Below, in pieces: positions 16,681-26,016 of a DNA stretch of 50,935 nucleotides. The position numbers were made by a program, and so were the translations under genes. The notes beneath the pieces are model-generated. The model ran no database searches. It was not told where the DNA came from and was given only the letters and a program-made list of their open reading frames with translations. This DNA comes from a virus (taxonomy: Duplodnaviria > Caudoviricetes): positions 1-50,935 of IMG/VR virus record IMGVR_UViG_3300009426_000007. The stretch is one strand, 5' to 3'. The first letter of the stretch is position 1, and each line of letters begins with the position of its first letter.

Positions 16681-17025
16681 AAAACCGTTACTTTGACCGC
16701 TCTTGAAACTGAAATGCTCATCTCATTCATTCGCGAAGGTCAATCCGTTACTAATGCTATGACAGCAGGTGAAATGGAAGAAGACAATATGACTTGGATG
16801 AATGTTAACGATTTGGTTGAACAGCTCGAATGGAGCGTTTACAAAGTTGGTGGTGTAATGGGTACGCTTACAAATAAAGGCGTTATCGAAAATTCTGGTT
16901 CCTCTGCACGTGGTGCTAAACAACCAGATTTCACCGTTGCTTCCGCGTTCATTAAAATGGGCTTCGACCTTATGGAAAAAGCAAATGTTGATGCCGCTGC
17001 TGACCCAATGCCAATTGCCGCTTAG
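16678..17025 (+). CDS. winged-helix-like early protein ending in an ssrA-like ..IAA
   Basis: VNDLVEQLEWSVYKVGGVMGTLTNKGVI resembles a wHTH; C-terminus ADPMPIAA. Confidence 0.7.
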   Translation: MKTVTLTALETEMLISFIREGQSVTNAMTAGEMEEDNMTWMNVNDLVEQLEWSVYKVGGVMGTLTNKGVIENSGSSARGAKQPDFTVASAFIKMGFDLMEKANVDAAADPMPIAA

Positions 17026-17033
17026 GAGGGGTA

Positions 17034-17246
17034 ATGAAAACCATTAGAGAGCTCGAATTAGAAGTTGAGATTAAAATCGCACAGATGAAACTTGAGGATG
17101 AAAAGGATCCTCAGTATTATTTTGATGGTAGATATGATAAAGACTTGAAAGAGCTCTCTGAATTGAAAAAAAGGGTAGCATATGCTATCGAGTCAGAAGA
17201 AATGGCTCAAAGATATGAATTGGAATGGATGAATGAAAACAGTTGA
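17034..17246 (+). CDS. hypothetical protein
   Basis: GGAGG RBS. Confidence 0.7.
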   Translation: MKTIRELELEVEIKIAQMKLEDEKDPQYYFDGRYDKDLKELSELKKRVAYAIESEEMAQRYELEWMNENS

Positions 17247-17508
17247 AGAATTGAAAAAATTGGTCGATCAATGGAAAGCAGTTGAAAGTTTAAGCTTAAT
17301 TGACTATAGCACAGCTAAAACCCTTGTCACTTGTGACCTAGCAAAACATGCGATGGATCGCGCGACCGAGAAGGTGAAGTTTTACTCTACCTTACTTTTG
17401 GCCGCTGAAGAAAAAGCCGACGAGGCTCGTAAGCTAATCCCTTATGCAGAGGCGTTCAATGTAGAATTCGATAAAGTTAATTCACTTTTTTATGATGGAG
17501 GAAAGTAA
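17233..17508 (+). CDS. hypothetical protein
   Basis: Overlapping 91-aa helical ORF. Confidence 0.7.
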   Translation: MKTVEELKKLVDQWKAVESLSLIDYSTAKTLVTCDLAKHAMDRATEKVKFYSTLLLAAEEKADEARKLIPYAEAFNVEFDKVNSLFYDGGK

Positions 17509-17723
17509 TGATTAGAGATAGAGTAGAACCGAAGGAGATTGTAATTGATCTTACAGGCCCAGCTGGTAATGCGTTTGCCCTAATTGGGCAAGCAACAAAG
17601 TTTGCTAGGGATTTAGGTCTTGATGAGAAACAAATCGCAAAAGAGATGACTTCTGGCGATTATGAAAACCTAGTCGAAGTTTTTGATAAATACTTTGGAG
17701 ACTTCGTTATCCTCGAACGTTAG
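17508..17723 (+). CDS. conserved small phage protein
   Basis: IDLTGPAGNAFALIG...MTSGDYENL motif, recurrent in phages. Confidence 0.8.
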   Translation: MIRDRVEPKEIVIDLTGPAGNAFALIGQATKFARDLGLDEKQIAKEMTSGDYENLVEVFDKYFGDFVILER

Positions 17724-17725
17724 GG

Positions 17726-17825
17726 TGTGACGGGGGCTGTGACAATTAAATACGAATTAAATGAATAAAGGGGATTTACTTCCCCTTTTTTTTACGGTAT
17801 AATGCATGCATATTAAACGAAAAGG
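17726..17825 (+). repeat. promoter/terminator cassette copy
   Basis: Near-identical to 7543-7641; -35 at 17775, -10 at 17798. Confidence 0.9.
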
Positions 17826-17833
17826 AAAATCTT

Positions 17834-18094
17834 ATGAAAATCTCTGATGTAAACGTATCCCGTAATATTGCTCAACAGCTAGCTGAACTTCTTTCGCTCG
17901 AGCAACTAGAAGCCCGTTTGATCAAAATCGAGGAATTGGCGGCTAGAAATAAAGCCACTCCTCCTCGGTACGATGTTCCTGCTATGCGTAGAGGCCGTTG
18001 GGATACGATTACCTCTACGGAGTATTTCACTAATATCCAGCGTATTTCGTGGGCAACAACTAAAGTAGCTATTCAAATGAAAAAAGGAGCTTAA
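17834..18094 (+). CDS. hypothetical early protein
   Basis: Directly after the cassette RBS. Confidence 0.7.
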   Translation: MKISDVNVSRNIAQQLAELLSLEQLEARLIKIEELAARNKATPPRYDVPAMRRGRWDTITSTEYFTNIQRISWATTKVAIQMKKGA

Positions 18095-18224
18095 TTATGG
18101 AAATATATGCTTATGCGCTTCTAATCTTTGTGCTCTCTTTCCTCTTCAACCGCTACGGTCTTATATTCATTATGTATATTTACGACTTATTTCATAAAAA
18201 ATAAAATAAAACGAAGTTATTTAG

Positions 18225-18299
18225 GGGAGGGGGGATTTACATCCTCCCTTTTTTTGTGATATAGATGAGGGGTATCAAAAGATACATTTATTATAAATA
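18225..18299 (+). terminator. degenerate cassette acting as terminator, followed by late promoter TATAAATA (18292)
   Basis: G-rich/CCTCCC stem plus T tract; -10 decayed to TATAGA with an 18-nt spacer. Confidence 0.65.
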
Positions 18300-18317
18300 G
18301 CACAATAGGAGATTTAA

Positions 18318-19046
18318 ATGGATAATATAGATTGGAAATTCGTAAAGAGGGCTGAAAAGGTCACTTCATTCAATCTTGATGCGAAGGATTTTACAGTCCA
18401 GAAAAATAAGGAAAGTATTCAGCATATTTTCAATAAACACTTCTTTCCAAAATTCGATTTATCAAAGACACTTGATCGCGTAGATGCTACGCAACTTAAT
18501 AGGCTTATATCAGAACTCCGCTCGGAGAATCCTGCTATGCTTCAAGCCATGCATTTCTATAACTTAAAGGGCGTTGGACCAGGCGAGGTGCTTATCTACT
18601 TCTTAGTCAAGAATGGATTTCTTGGCGGCGGATCTTCGTCCGGTGTAGATTTCATTACTCCAGGTAAGGGTTACGAAATCAAAGCCGTTGAGGTAAATCA
18701 AGCAGGTTATGCAACCAACTTTAAGGTTGGTGGAACATTCGACCTATCGCCTATACTTAGAAGAGCAACAGAATTAAAGAAACTCGCCGGCGCCGGGGGT
18801 GAGGGTGTTAATCTGTCTGCCATCAAACTGATAAAGCAAAAAATCCCAGGAGAATGGGAAAAGGTTGATAAAGCATTTGTCGAACTTACTTACGATAAGT
18901 ATTTCCAACATCACCATGTCATATTCATGAATAACAGGAAGAATGCTCAACTTGGTGCTATTGAGGCCATTAAGCAAGTTAAGCGTGAAGACATAGTATT
19001 AGAGCGTATCACCTCAGGTACAGCAAAGCCTGCAGTCAAAATTTAA
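18318..19046 (+). CDS. PD-(D/E)xK nuclease-like late protein
   Basis: GVGPGE...GVDF...YEIKA resembles a restriction-fold core. Confidence 0.55.
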   Translation: MDNIDWKFVKRAEKVTSFNLDAKDFTVQKNKESIQHIFNKHFFPKFDLSKTLDRVDATQLNRLISELRSENPAMLQAMHFYNLKGVGPGEVLIYFLVKNGFLGGGSSSGVDFITPGKGYEIKAVEVNQAGYATNFKVGGTFDLSPILRRATELKKLAGAGGEGVNLSAIKLIKQKIPGEWEKVDKAFVELTYDKYFQHHHVIFMNNRKNAQLGAIEAIKQVKREDIVLERITSGTAKPAVKI

Positions 19047-19059
19047 CTAAATAGGGGGG

Positions 19060-19088
19060 TTTACAATCCCCCTAAACTACGGTATAAT
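19060..19088 (+). promoter_or_regulatory. early promoter with stem-loop upstream of the HNH gene
   Basis: TAGGGGG..TTTACA..CCCCCTA; TATAAT 19083. Confidence 0.8.
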
Positions 19089-19129
19089 AAGAAGACAACT
19101 CCAGGAAGGATAGATATACTCCTGGCACA

Positions 19130-19729
19130 TTGAGAGAACCTATGGACACCTTTAAGACAATAGAATCCTATAAAGACAGTTATTCAGTATCACAAGTCAT
19201 GACAGAGACAGGGTATAGTAGAAATAAAATAGTAGATCTGTTAAAGACAGAAGGTATCTATGAAGGTCTTAAAGGCCCTAATTATAGTATTAAAATGAGA
19301 GAAAGAATGCAAAATCAATCTCAACCTATAAACAAAGGTCAGAGAGCTCTTATTGAAAGTAATACTATAAGTTACGATAGAATACCATTCGATAATGAGC
19401 TATTGAGCTATAAGAAAAAGGTTGAGAAACTATCTAGAAAAAATGCTCTAGAGCTTAAATCCACCACACATTGCGAATATACAGGTATAGCCTTTGCCGA
19501 CAATTTTAAGGAAAAGGTCAATCCTAACGATCCTAGAAAAAGGTCTATTGATCATAAGACTAGCGTAATCCATTGTTTCCTTGAGGGAAAATCGGTAGAG
19601 GAATGTAGTCAAGTGTCTAATCTAGCATACGTGTTAAGATATGTCAATTCTATAAAAGGTAATATGAATCTGAAGGATTTTGAGCCCCTTAGAAAAGTAC
19701 TGAAAGAGAAATTAAATGAAGACCTTTAA
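19130..19729 (+). CDS. putative HNH-type homing endonuclease
   Basis: N-terminal HTH-like segment; CEYTG...SIDHK...NL...NSIKGN. Confidence 0.7.
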   Translation: MREPMDTFKTIESYKDSYSVSQVMTETGYSRNKIVDLLKTEGIYEGLKGPNYSIKMRERMQNQSQPINKGQRALIESNTISYDRIPFDNELLSYKKKVEKLSRKNALELKSTTHCEYTGIAFADNFKEKVNPNDPRKRSIDHKTSVIHCFLEGKSVEECSQVSNLAYVLRYVNSIKGNMNLKDFEPLRKVLKEKLNEDL

Positions 19730-20939
19730 GACCTATATCTCTGAAGAAAAAAACACTCACATGAGGCACCTCGATGACCTAGTTATCTATGGTGGTGTCA
19801 ATGGTGCGCGACAAGCTATATTTGCTCTTCGTGATCTAAGAGATATGTTATCCTCGAAAAAGAAGGGAACAATTTCCATAAAGTGGGACGGCGCGCCGAG
19901 TTTATTCGCTGGCACAGATCCTTCTGATGGTAAATTCTTTGTTGCCAAGAAGGGCATATTTAATAAGAATCCGAAGGTCTATAAGACCAATGCTGATGTG
20001 GATGCAGACACTACTGGTGATCTTGCCACTAAGCTTAAATTAGCACTACAATATCTTCCTGCTATTGGTATCAAAGGTGTCATTCAAGGAGATTTCTTAT
20101 TCTCTGCTAATGACATTAAACAATCCAACATTGCTGGAGAACCTTATACCACCTTCCATCCTAATACAATCGTATATGCAGTACCTCGCCGCGATAAAGA
20201 AGCGGTTAAGAAAATCAAAGATGCTAAGATCGGTATCGTCTGGCATACCACTTATCATGGCAATTCATTTGAAGAAATGAAGGCCTCGTACGGAGTGGAT
20301 GTGAAGGCCCTAAGACAAAATAAAAATGTATTCCAAGTGGATGCTATGCTACGAGATATGAGCAAATTCACAATGACAGAGCGGGAAACCAAAGAGGTTA
20401 ATGATCTATTATCTCAAGCAGGTAAGATCTTCAACCAGATCTCAGGCAATGCTCTTCGCCAATTAGAAGCACATGACATACTTTCTACCCATATTGAGAC
20501 CTTCAACAACTCGTTCGTGCGTGATGGCACTGTGGTTAAAGATACCGCAAGACATGTTGAACACCTAATCAAATGGATCGAGACACGATATAAAAAGGAA
20601 ATGGATAAGAGAAGTACCGATAAAGGCAAAGCTGCACAGCAAAGTAAGCTCGATGCTATCCTAGATTTCTTCTCACACGCTAATAAAAAGGCTTTAAAGC
20701 TCATATTTGACCTCCAAAAAGTCCTAATTCTAGCGAAGTTAAAACTCATAAATACATTCAATAGGCTGAAAAGCATAGGAACTTTTGTTAAAACGGCTGA
20801 TGGGTATAAGGTTACGGGCCATGAAGGTTATGTAGCTATCGATCAGCTAGGCGGTGGAGCGGTTAAGGTTATTGACAGAATGGAATTCTCGTTCAACAAC
20901 TTCTCTAAAGATACAATCCGCGGTTGGGAGAAGACTTAA
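19716..20939 (+). CDS. conserved T4-like protein (DUF6267-like) with RNA-ligase-type nucleotidyltransferase motifs and a capsid-targeting leader
   Basis: MKTFKTYISEE leader; KWDG, QGDFLF, EGYV, VKVIDR. Confidence 0.75.
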   Translation: MKTFKTYISEEKNTHMRHLDDLVIYGGVNGARQAIFALRDLRDMLSSKKKGTISIKWDGAPSLFAGTDPSDGKFFVAKKGIFNKNPKVYKTNADVDADTTGDLATKLKLALQYLPAIGIKGVIQGDFLFSANDIKQSNIAGEPYTTFHPNTIVYAVPRRDKEAVKKIKDAKIGIVWHTTYHGNSFEEMKASYGVDVKALRQNKNVFQVDAMLRDMSKFTMTERETKEVNDLLSQAGKIFNQISGNALRQLEAHDILSTHIETFNNSFVRDGTVVKDTARHVEHLIKWIETRYKKEMDKRSTDKGKAAQQSKLDAILDFFSHANKKALKLIFDLQKVLILAKLKLINTFNRLKSIGTFVKTADGYKVTGHEGYVAIDQLGGGAVKVIDRMEFSFNNFSKDTIRGWEKT

Positions 20940-20979
20940 CAACTTTGAATGCTCAGTTAGATAGTCAAGGAAGAAACTA

Positions 20980-22752
20980 ATGGAAAAAAAGACAGAACTA
21001 GATTTCGAAGATATGTTAAATGACGGTGAAGACCGTGATGAAGATCAAAGTTATTTTGCTTGGAGAGCAAAGCGCCGTAGAAACGGTGCAATGGATGAAG
21101 AAACCCTTGACGAGCTTTCTAGAGGGACTCTTCAAAGTTACGTAAAAAAAGCTATAACTAGAAATAATGGCGTTGCATATCTTGCTAAAGATGACAACAA
21201 AAATTACTCTCAAGGTAAAGGTGGCTCTAGAACTAGAGCTTTGCAAAAAATGGCAGATGATCACAACAAAAGATTTGATAAACATTATAAACGAGCAGAC
21301 GGAAAAGCTTGGAACAGAAATGGTGTAAAAGTACCAGCATCTGAATATGCTAAAGAAGAAACTTTACACGAGATGATCAAAAAGGGTGATACTGTAATTG
21401 CTCAAAAAGGTCCCCATACTGGTGTTAAGCACGAGGTCATTCACGATCACGGTGATGGACATTTCAATGTAAGACCTTTGATTTCTAATCCTAAAAAAAT
21501 CAAATATGCGATGGGAGCAGCAAAGGCCAAAGGGTCTGATCTGAAATTATGTGAAGACTATATGTCAGAAGATACCGCAAAGGCTATCGAAGATCATAAG
21601 GCTCAAATGAAAAATAACGAAATGTCAAGCAGTCGTTATTTCACAAGTGGTGCTCAGCGACGCGATCAAAAAGAATTAGAGCGTCTTAAAGATAAACATA
21701 AGGCAGCTCAAGGTGTGAAAGAAGAAACCCTAGATGAGCTAAGCAAGAAAACTTTAGGTAGATATATACCTAAAGCAGCCGATAGTCAGGCACATAATTA
21801 TGCTCAAATGCACGTTATGGACCAAGATGATGATTATGACCAGGGTGAAATGAACGATGCCGAAAAACGCGTAGCTAATAGAGATAAGGGTATTAAACGC
21901 GCGGTTAAGAAATTAACTAAAGAAGAAACCCTAGACGAGATTTCAAAAAGAACCACTAGAAGATATATCGCATTAGCTAAATCTAATGTTGCTATTAAAA
22001 ACGACCAAGCTCAAGATCTGCAGAATCGAAACGATAATAGCACGAAAAAAGGTAGCGCTAGACAAGCAGTTATAAATAAATATCATGGTAAAAATATGCG
22101 AAGATTTGATAGTATAAGTCAGGCTGCGAAAAGACTCACTGGTCCAGGTTCAGAGAAATTGGATAGAAGAAATAAAAAAGATAAAAACATTGGTAAAATA
22201 TACCATAACGAAGCTAAGTCTGCTGATCGTAAACCAGAGAAATACAGAGCCGCAGATGGATCGATAAAAATCAGAATGGTTCCTGTTGATAAAAATGTTG
22301 AAAAGGACGTAAGAGAAAACATGCAATCATTCAAATCCTATATGACTGAATTAAGCAAGGAAACTTTAGACAGCTATGTTGGAAAGGCTCAAGACCGGTA
22401 TTTCAAAGATAAGCGTCCTGAGAGTAACCCCGACAAGAAAAAACAAATGAAATCATGGAAACTTGGGTTCAAAAAACGCACCGCCAAGGAAAAAGAGGAA
22501 AGATCAGCCCTTCTAAAAGGTGCCAAAAAAGGCAACCACCACGAGTTTATCGATGAATTAGGTTCAGGTGGATTTTCAAAAAGCGATCATGATACAGCTG
22601 CTAAATTCGGCCTGAAAGTTAAAAGAAAAGCCGGTGATGGCGATACCGGAGCCCACGTTGTTGGGCATAAAGATAATGTTAAAAAATATGTATCACATAT
22701 TTGGGGCGGAGAAGATAAAGCTAAAAAAATTCACGGGCACCTTTGGAAGTAG
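20980..22752 (+). CDS. modular internal-head polyprotein candidate 1
   Basis: Highly charged; EETLDE(L/I)S at 21097, 21721, 21922; EETLHE at 21355; internal MQSFKSYMTE at 22321. Confidence 0.75.
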   Translation: MEKKTELDFEDMLNDGEDRDEDQSYFAWRAKRRRNGAMDEETLDELSRGTLQSYVKKAITRNNGVAYLAKDDNKNYSQGKGGSRTRALQKMADDHNKRFDKHYKRADGKAWNRNGVKVPASEYAKEETLHEMIKKGDTVIAQKGPHTGVKHEVIHDHGDGHFNVRPLISNPKKIKYAMGAAKAKGSDLKLCEDYMSEDTAKAIEDHKAQMKNNEMSSSRYFTSGAQRRDQKELERLKDKHKAAQGVKEETLDELSKKTLGRYIPKAADSQAHNYAQMHVMDQDDDYDQGEMNDAEKRVANRDKGIKRAVKKLTKEETLDEISKRTTRRYIALAKSNVAIKNDQAQDLQNRNDNSTKKGSARQAVINKYHGKNMRRFDSISQAAKRLTGPGSEKLDRRNKKDKNIGKIYHNEAKSADRKPEKYRAADGSIKIRMVPVDKNVEKDVRENMQSFKSYMTELSKETLDSYVGKAQDRYFKDKRPESNPDKKKQMKSWKLGFKKRTAKEKEERSALLKGAKKGNHHEFIDELGSGGFSKSDHDTAAKFGLKVKRKAGDGDTGAHVVGHKDNVKKYVSHIWGGEDKAKKIHGHLWK

Positions 22753-22825
22753 AATAAAATGAAAAAAGTTTCGAAAAAACAACATAATGCTGCTGCAGCT
22801 GCCAACCACTCAAGAGGTATCTAAT

Positions 22826-24721
22826 ATGGACGAAGCTTCAAGCTACGATAAACATCCTGGTGTAGTTCAGGCAAGGAAACGCTATGCTAATAAGATAGCA
22901 ATGGTCAAAAGAAAAGCTGCTGCTAAGCATGCCGAAAGATCATCCAATACTACTTCTAAGGCACAACATAATGCTGCAGCAGCTGCTATAGCTACTCAAA
23001 AGGGAGAATATGACGGCGGCAAAAAAGACGGAGCGATTAATCGTATGGCTCTTATGAAGCAAAAAGATCTTAAGAGCATTGTCAAAAAGAAGGTTGATGA
23101 AGCATTTAGTAAAGGCACACGACCTAAGAAGGTTCAACCTAAGCCACAAAATCTAGATGGAATGTGGGATAAGGGACCGATTCATCCCAACCTTTTTAAT
23201 ATTTTAGGTCATCACGGAAAAGATGCAACTCATATGTTCTCATCCGATAAAGGCTTTAGTGTAAAATTTAAAACACCTAAAAAAGCCCATGAACTTGAGG
23301 CTAAGATGAAAGCGGGTGGAGCACACCATTTCGTGCATGCTCATGATGACGAAGACCCTAATAATAAAATTTTCCACTTTAGAGAGTCGGTAGAATATGA
23401 GGGTGAAACTCTTGATGAGATTTCACGTGAAGCTCTAAAGGACTATAGATCAAAAGCAAGAACTGATGATACCGATGCATCTATCAAAGATATGAAAAAT
23501 GCTGAATATAAGAGATTCTGGAAGAAAGATGCAGACGATGCTGACGAAGTTAAAAATCGCATGAAAAAGCGTCGTAGAGGTATAGATCTGGTCAAGAAGA
23601 AATTGGGTGAAGCAACTGATAAATATGGTAGAGTTGAACAGCCAAAAGAAGAACCTAGAAAAGATCATGTTTATTGGCCAATCAAAGTACCTACCGGAGG
23701 CGGTAAAGGTATTATAAGACATATCGGTATGCACAAAGATGCATCAAGAAAAGATGCAATGAAAAGAGCAATGGAAACCGTTGCTAATCTTACCGCAGAT
23801 CATGCCCATAAATTAATGGCCATGAAACCTGTTGCCAATAAGCCTCCAACATATAGGAACGTTAAAGAAGAAACACTTGATGAATCGACGGGAATAACTA
23901 ATGCTCATCATGATGCAGTAATACGGTCTCTTAAGCAACAAGCTGCTGCACATAAAGGTCAGGATAAAGAGGACTTTGAAGGTGCTCACAAATGGCTCTC
24001 AAAGAACAGAAGCCAAAGTGAACTTAAAAATGTTATGAACGATGGATTGACCCGTGGGGATACTTATACTAGAGAAATCTATGGGGAAATAGCTAAAAAA
24101 CATTTCGGAATGGACGGTGCTGAAAAACATTTTAAGGTTAAATTTCATCGACATAAACAGCCGGATCATAATAAGGTAAACGAAGAAACTCTTGACGAGC
24201 TAAGCAGAAAGACCTTAAAAAATTATAAGGATAAGGCTGACGATCAGATTTATCATTCTATGGATTATGATAATGAAACTGATGATCAGAAGTCTAGAAG
24301 ATATAAAAGAGAAGCTGGCTATCGTCTCGCACATAACAAGCTAAGAAAAAAAGATCGTGCAGAAAAAAAAGCCTTAACAAAAGAAGAAACCACGACTGGC
24401 GTTAATGAAGCCCTAACGCTAACACAACGCCGTAAAATGGCTATAAGCTTCCGTAAGAACAAGTCTAAGATCAAAATTGGTAGAGAACGTGCTAAGAAGC
24501 GTACGGCTAGTAAGGATGTGCTCATGAAGCGCGCGCGTAAGCACGCTCGCAATATGCTGATTAAAAAGATGACTAAGGGCAACAAAAAAGACCTAGACTT
24601 CTCACGTAGAGAAGCAATTGAAAAAAGACTAGGTAAGATGAAGAGTAAAATCGATCAGATTGCTAGAAAAATGTTTCCGGCACTACGTAAGAAAGAAATG
24701 TCAAGAGATCGCAGCGGCTAA
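22826..24721 (+). CDS. modular internal-head polyprotein candidate 2
   Basis: GAGGT RBS before ATG 22826; ETLDE at ~23405, ~23870 and ~24185; basic C-terminal EALTLTQRRK module. Confidence 0.75.
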   Translation: MDEASSYDKHPGVVQARKRYANKIAMVKRKAAAKHAERSSNTTSKAQHNAAAAAIATQKGEYDGGKKDGAINRMALMKQKDLKSIVKKKVDEAFSKGTRPKKVQPKPQNLDGMWDKGPIHPNLFNILGHHGKDATHMFSSDKGFSVKFKTPKKAHELEAKMKAGGAHHFVHAHDDEDPNNKIFHFRESVEYEGETLDEISREALKDYRSKARTDDTDASIKDMKNAEYKRFWKKDADDADEVKNRMKKRRRGIDLVKKKLGEATDKYGRVEQPKEEPRKDHVYWPIKVPTGGGKGIIRHIGMHKDASRKDAMKRAMETVANLTADHAHKLMAMKPVANKPPTYRNVKEETLDESTGITNAHHDAVIRSLKQQAAAHKGQDKEDFEGAHKWLSKNRSQSELKNVMNDGLTRGDTYTREIYGEIAKKHFGMDGAEKHFKVKFHRHKQPDHNKVNEETLDELSRKTLKNYKDKADDQIYHSMDYDNETDDQKSRRYKREAGYRLAHNKLRKKDRAEKKALTKEETTTGVNEALTLTQRRKMAISFRKNKSKIKIGRERAKKRTASKDVLMKRARKHARNMLIKKMTKGNKKDLDFSRREAIEKRLGKMKSKIDQIARKMFPALRKKEMSRDRSG

Positions 24722-25557
24722 TGATAACCTCCTTTAAATCATATTTACTTGAAGAGGAAAAAACAGTTTTCTTCACATGGGGGAGACTGAATCCTCCTAC
24801 TATTGGTCATGGCTTGTTACTTGACACGTTGGCGAAGAAGGCCGGCCGGAATCCATATAAAGTTTATCTTACACAGAGTAACGATAAGAAAAAGAATCCA
24901 CTCACTTATAAGGATAAGGTTAAATTTGCTAGGAAGATGTTTCCTAAGCATTCACGATCTATTGTTTATGACACCAAAATGAAGACCGTTTTTGATGTGG
25001 CAGTTGCCCTATATAATGAAGGCAATAAGAACATTACAATGGTGGTTGGAAGTGATAGAGTTAAACAGTTCAAAGATCTTTTGGATAAATACAATGGAGA
25101 AAAGAAAGCACACGGCTTTTATGATTTCAACCGTATTACTGTAATATCTGCGGGTGCTAGAGATCCTGACGCTGATGATCTTTCTGGTGCATCTGCTTCA
25201 AAGCAAAGAGCTTCTGCAGCTGCTAACGATTTTACAACCTTCGCCCAAGGCACACCAAAAAATGTCTCGAATGCAGAATGTAAAGCATTATTCAATGCAG
25301 TTAGAAGCGGTATGGGTCTTAAAGAGACTAGAGAGTTCAAGCGGTTCCTAGACCTAGGCAATACGTGCGAACTAAGAGAAAAATATATAGCTGGTAGATT
25401 ATTTAATGTAGGTGATAAGGTTATAGTAAACGAGTCTGAAGAATCAGGCGAAATAAGTTTTCTAGGCAGTAATTATATCATCTTGGAAACCTCGTCTGGA
25501 CAAAAAATAAGAAAATGGATTAAAGACATAAGTCCGGAGACAGAATATGACATTTAA
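24721..25557 (+). CDS. cytidyltransferase/NMNAT-like HxGH-family nucleotidyltransferase with capsid-targeting leader
   Basis: MITSFKSYLLEE; TWGRLNPPTIGH; VVGSDRV; SAGARDPD..SASKQR. Confidence 0.85.
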   Translation: MITSFKSYLLEEEKTVFFTWGRLNPPTIGHGLLLDTLAKKAGRNPYKVYLTQSNDKKKNPLTYKDKVKFARKMFPKHSRSIVYDTKMKTVFDVAVALYNEGNKNITMVVGSDRVKQFKDLLDKYNGEKKAHGFYDFNRITVISAGARDPDADDLSGASASKQRASAAANDFTTFAQGTPKNVSNAECKALFNAVRSGMGLKETREFKRFLDLGNTCELREKYIAGRLFNVGDKVIVNESEESGEISFLGSNYIILETSSGQKIRKWIKDISPETEYDI

Positions 25558-25999
25558 ACTATCACAAAATTCACTGAAAAGATTAGAAGGTGTTAATCCT
25601 CGTCTGATATCAGTTGTAAAAAGAGCCATTGAGATTACTGAAATCGACTTTGGGGTTATCGAGGGCGTACGCACGAAGAAACGCCAAGCACAGTTAGTTG
25701 CTGCCGGTAAATCACAAACAATGAATTCTAAGCATATTGAAGGTAAAGCGGTTGATCTAGTTGCCGTTGTTAATGGCAAGATTACGTGGGATCTTTCATA
25801 TTATGATAATATTGCTGATGCCATGAAACAAGCTGCAAAGGAATTAGGTATTAAAATTCGTTGGGGCGCAGCATGGACAGTAAACGACCTAGGTAATTGG
25901 GACGGAGACGGTCAATCAGCTATGGATTCATACGTATCAACAAGAAGAAAACAAGGTCGCAGACCTTTCATCGATGGTGTTCATTTCGAACTCTCATAG
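25547..25999 (+). CDS. endolysin, M15 (L-Ala-D-Glu) peptidase
   Basis: EGVRT..RQ..L, SKHIEGKAVD, IRWG, DGVHFEL. Confidence 0.92.
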   Translation: MTFKLSQNSLKRLEGVNPRLISVVKRAIEITEIDFGVIEGVRTKKRQAQLVAAGKSQTMNSKHIEGKAVDLVAVVNGKITWDLSYYDNIADAMKQAAKELGIKIRWGAAWTVNDLGNWDGDGQSAMDSYVSTRRKQGRRPFIDGVHFELS

Positions 26000-26016
26000 G
26001 CAAATAAGGAAATAAA

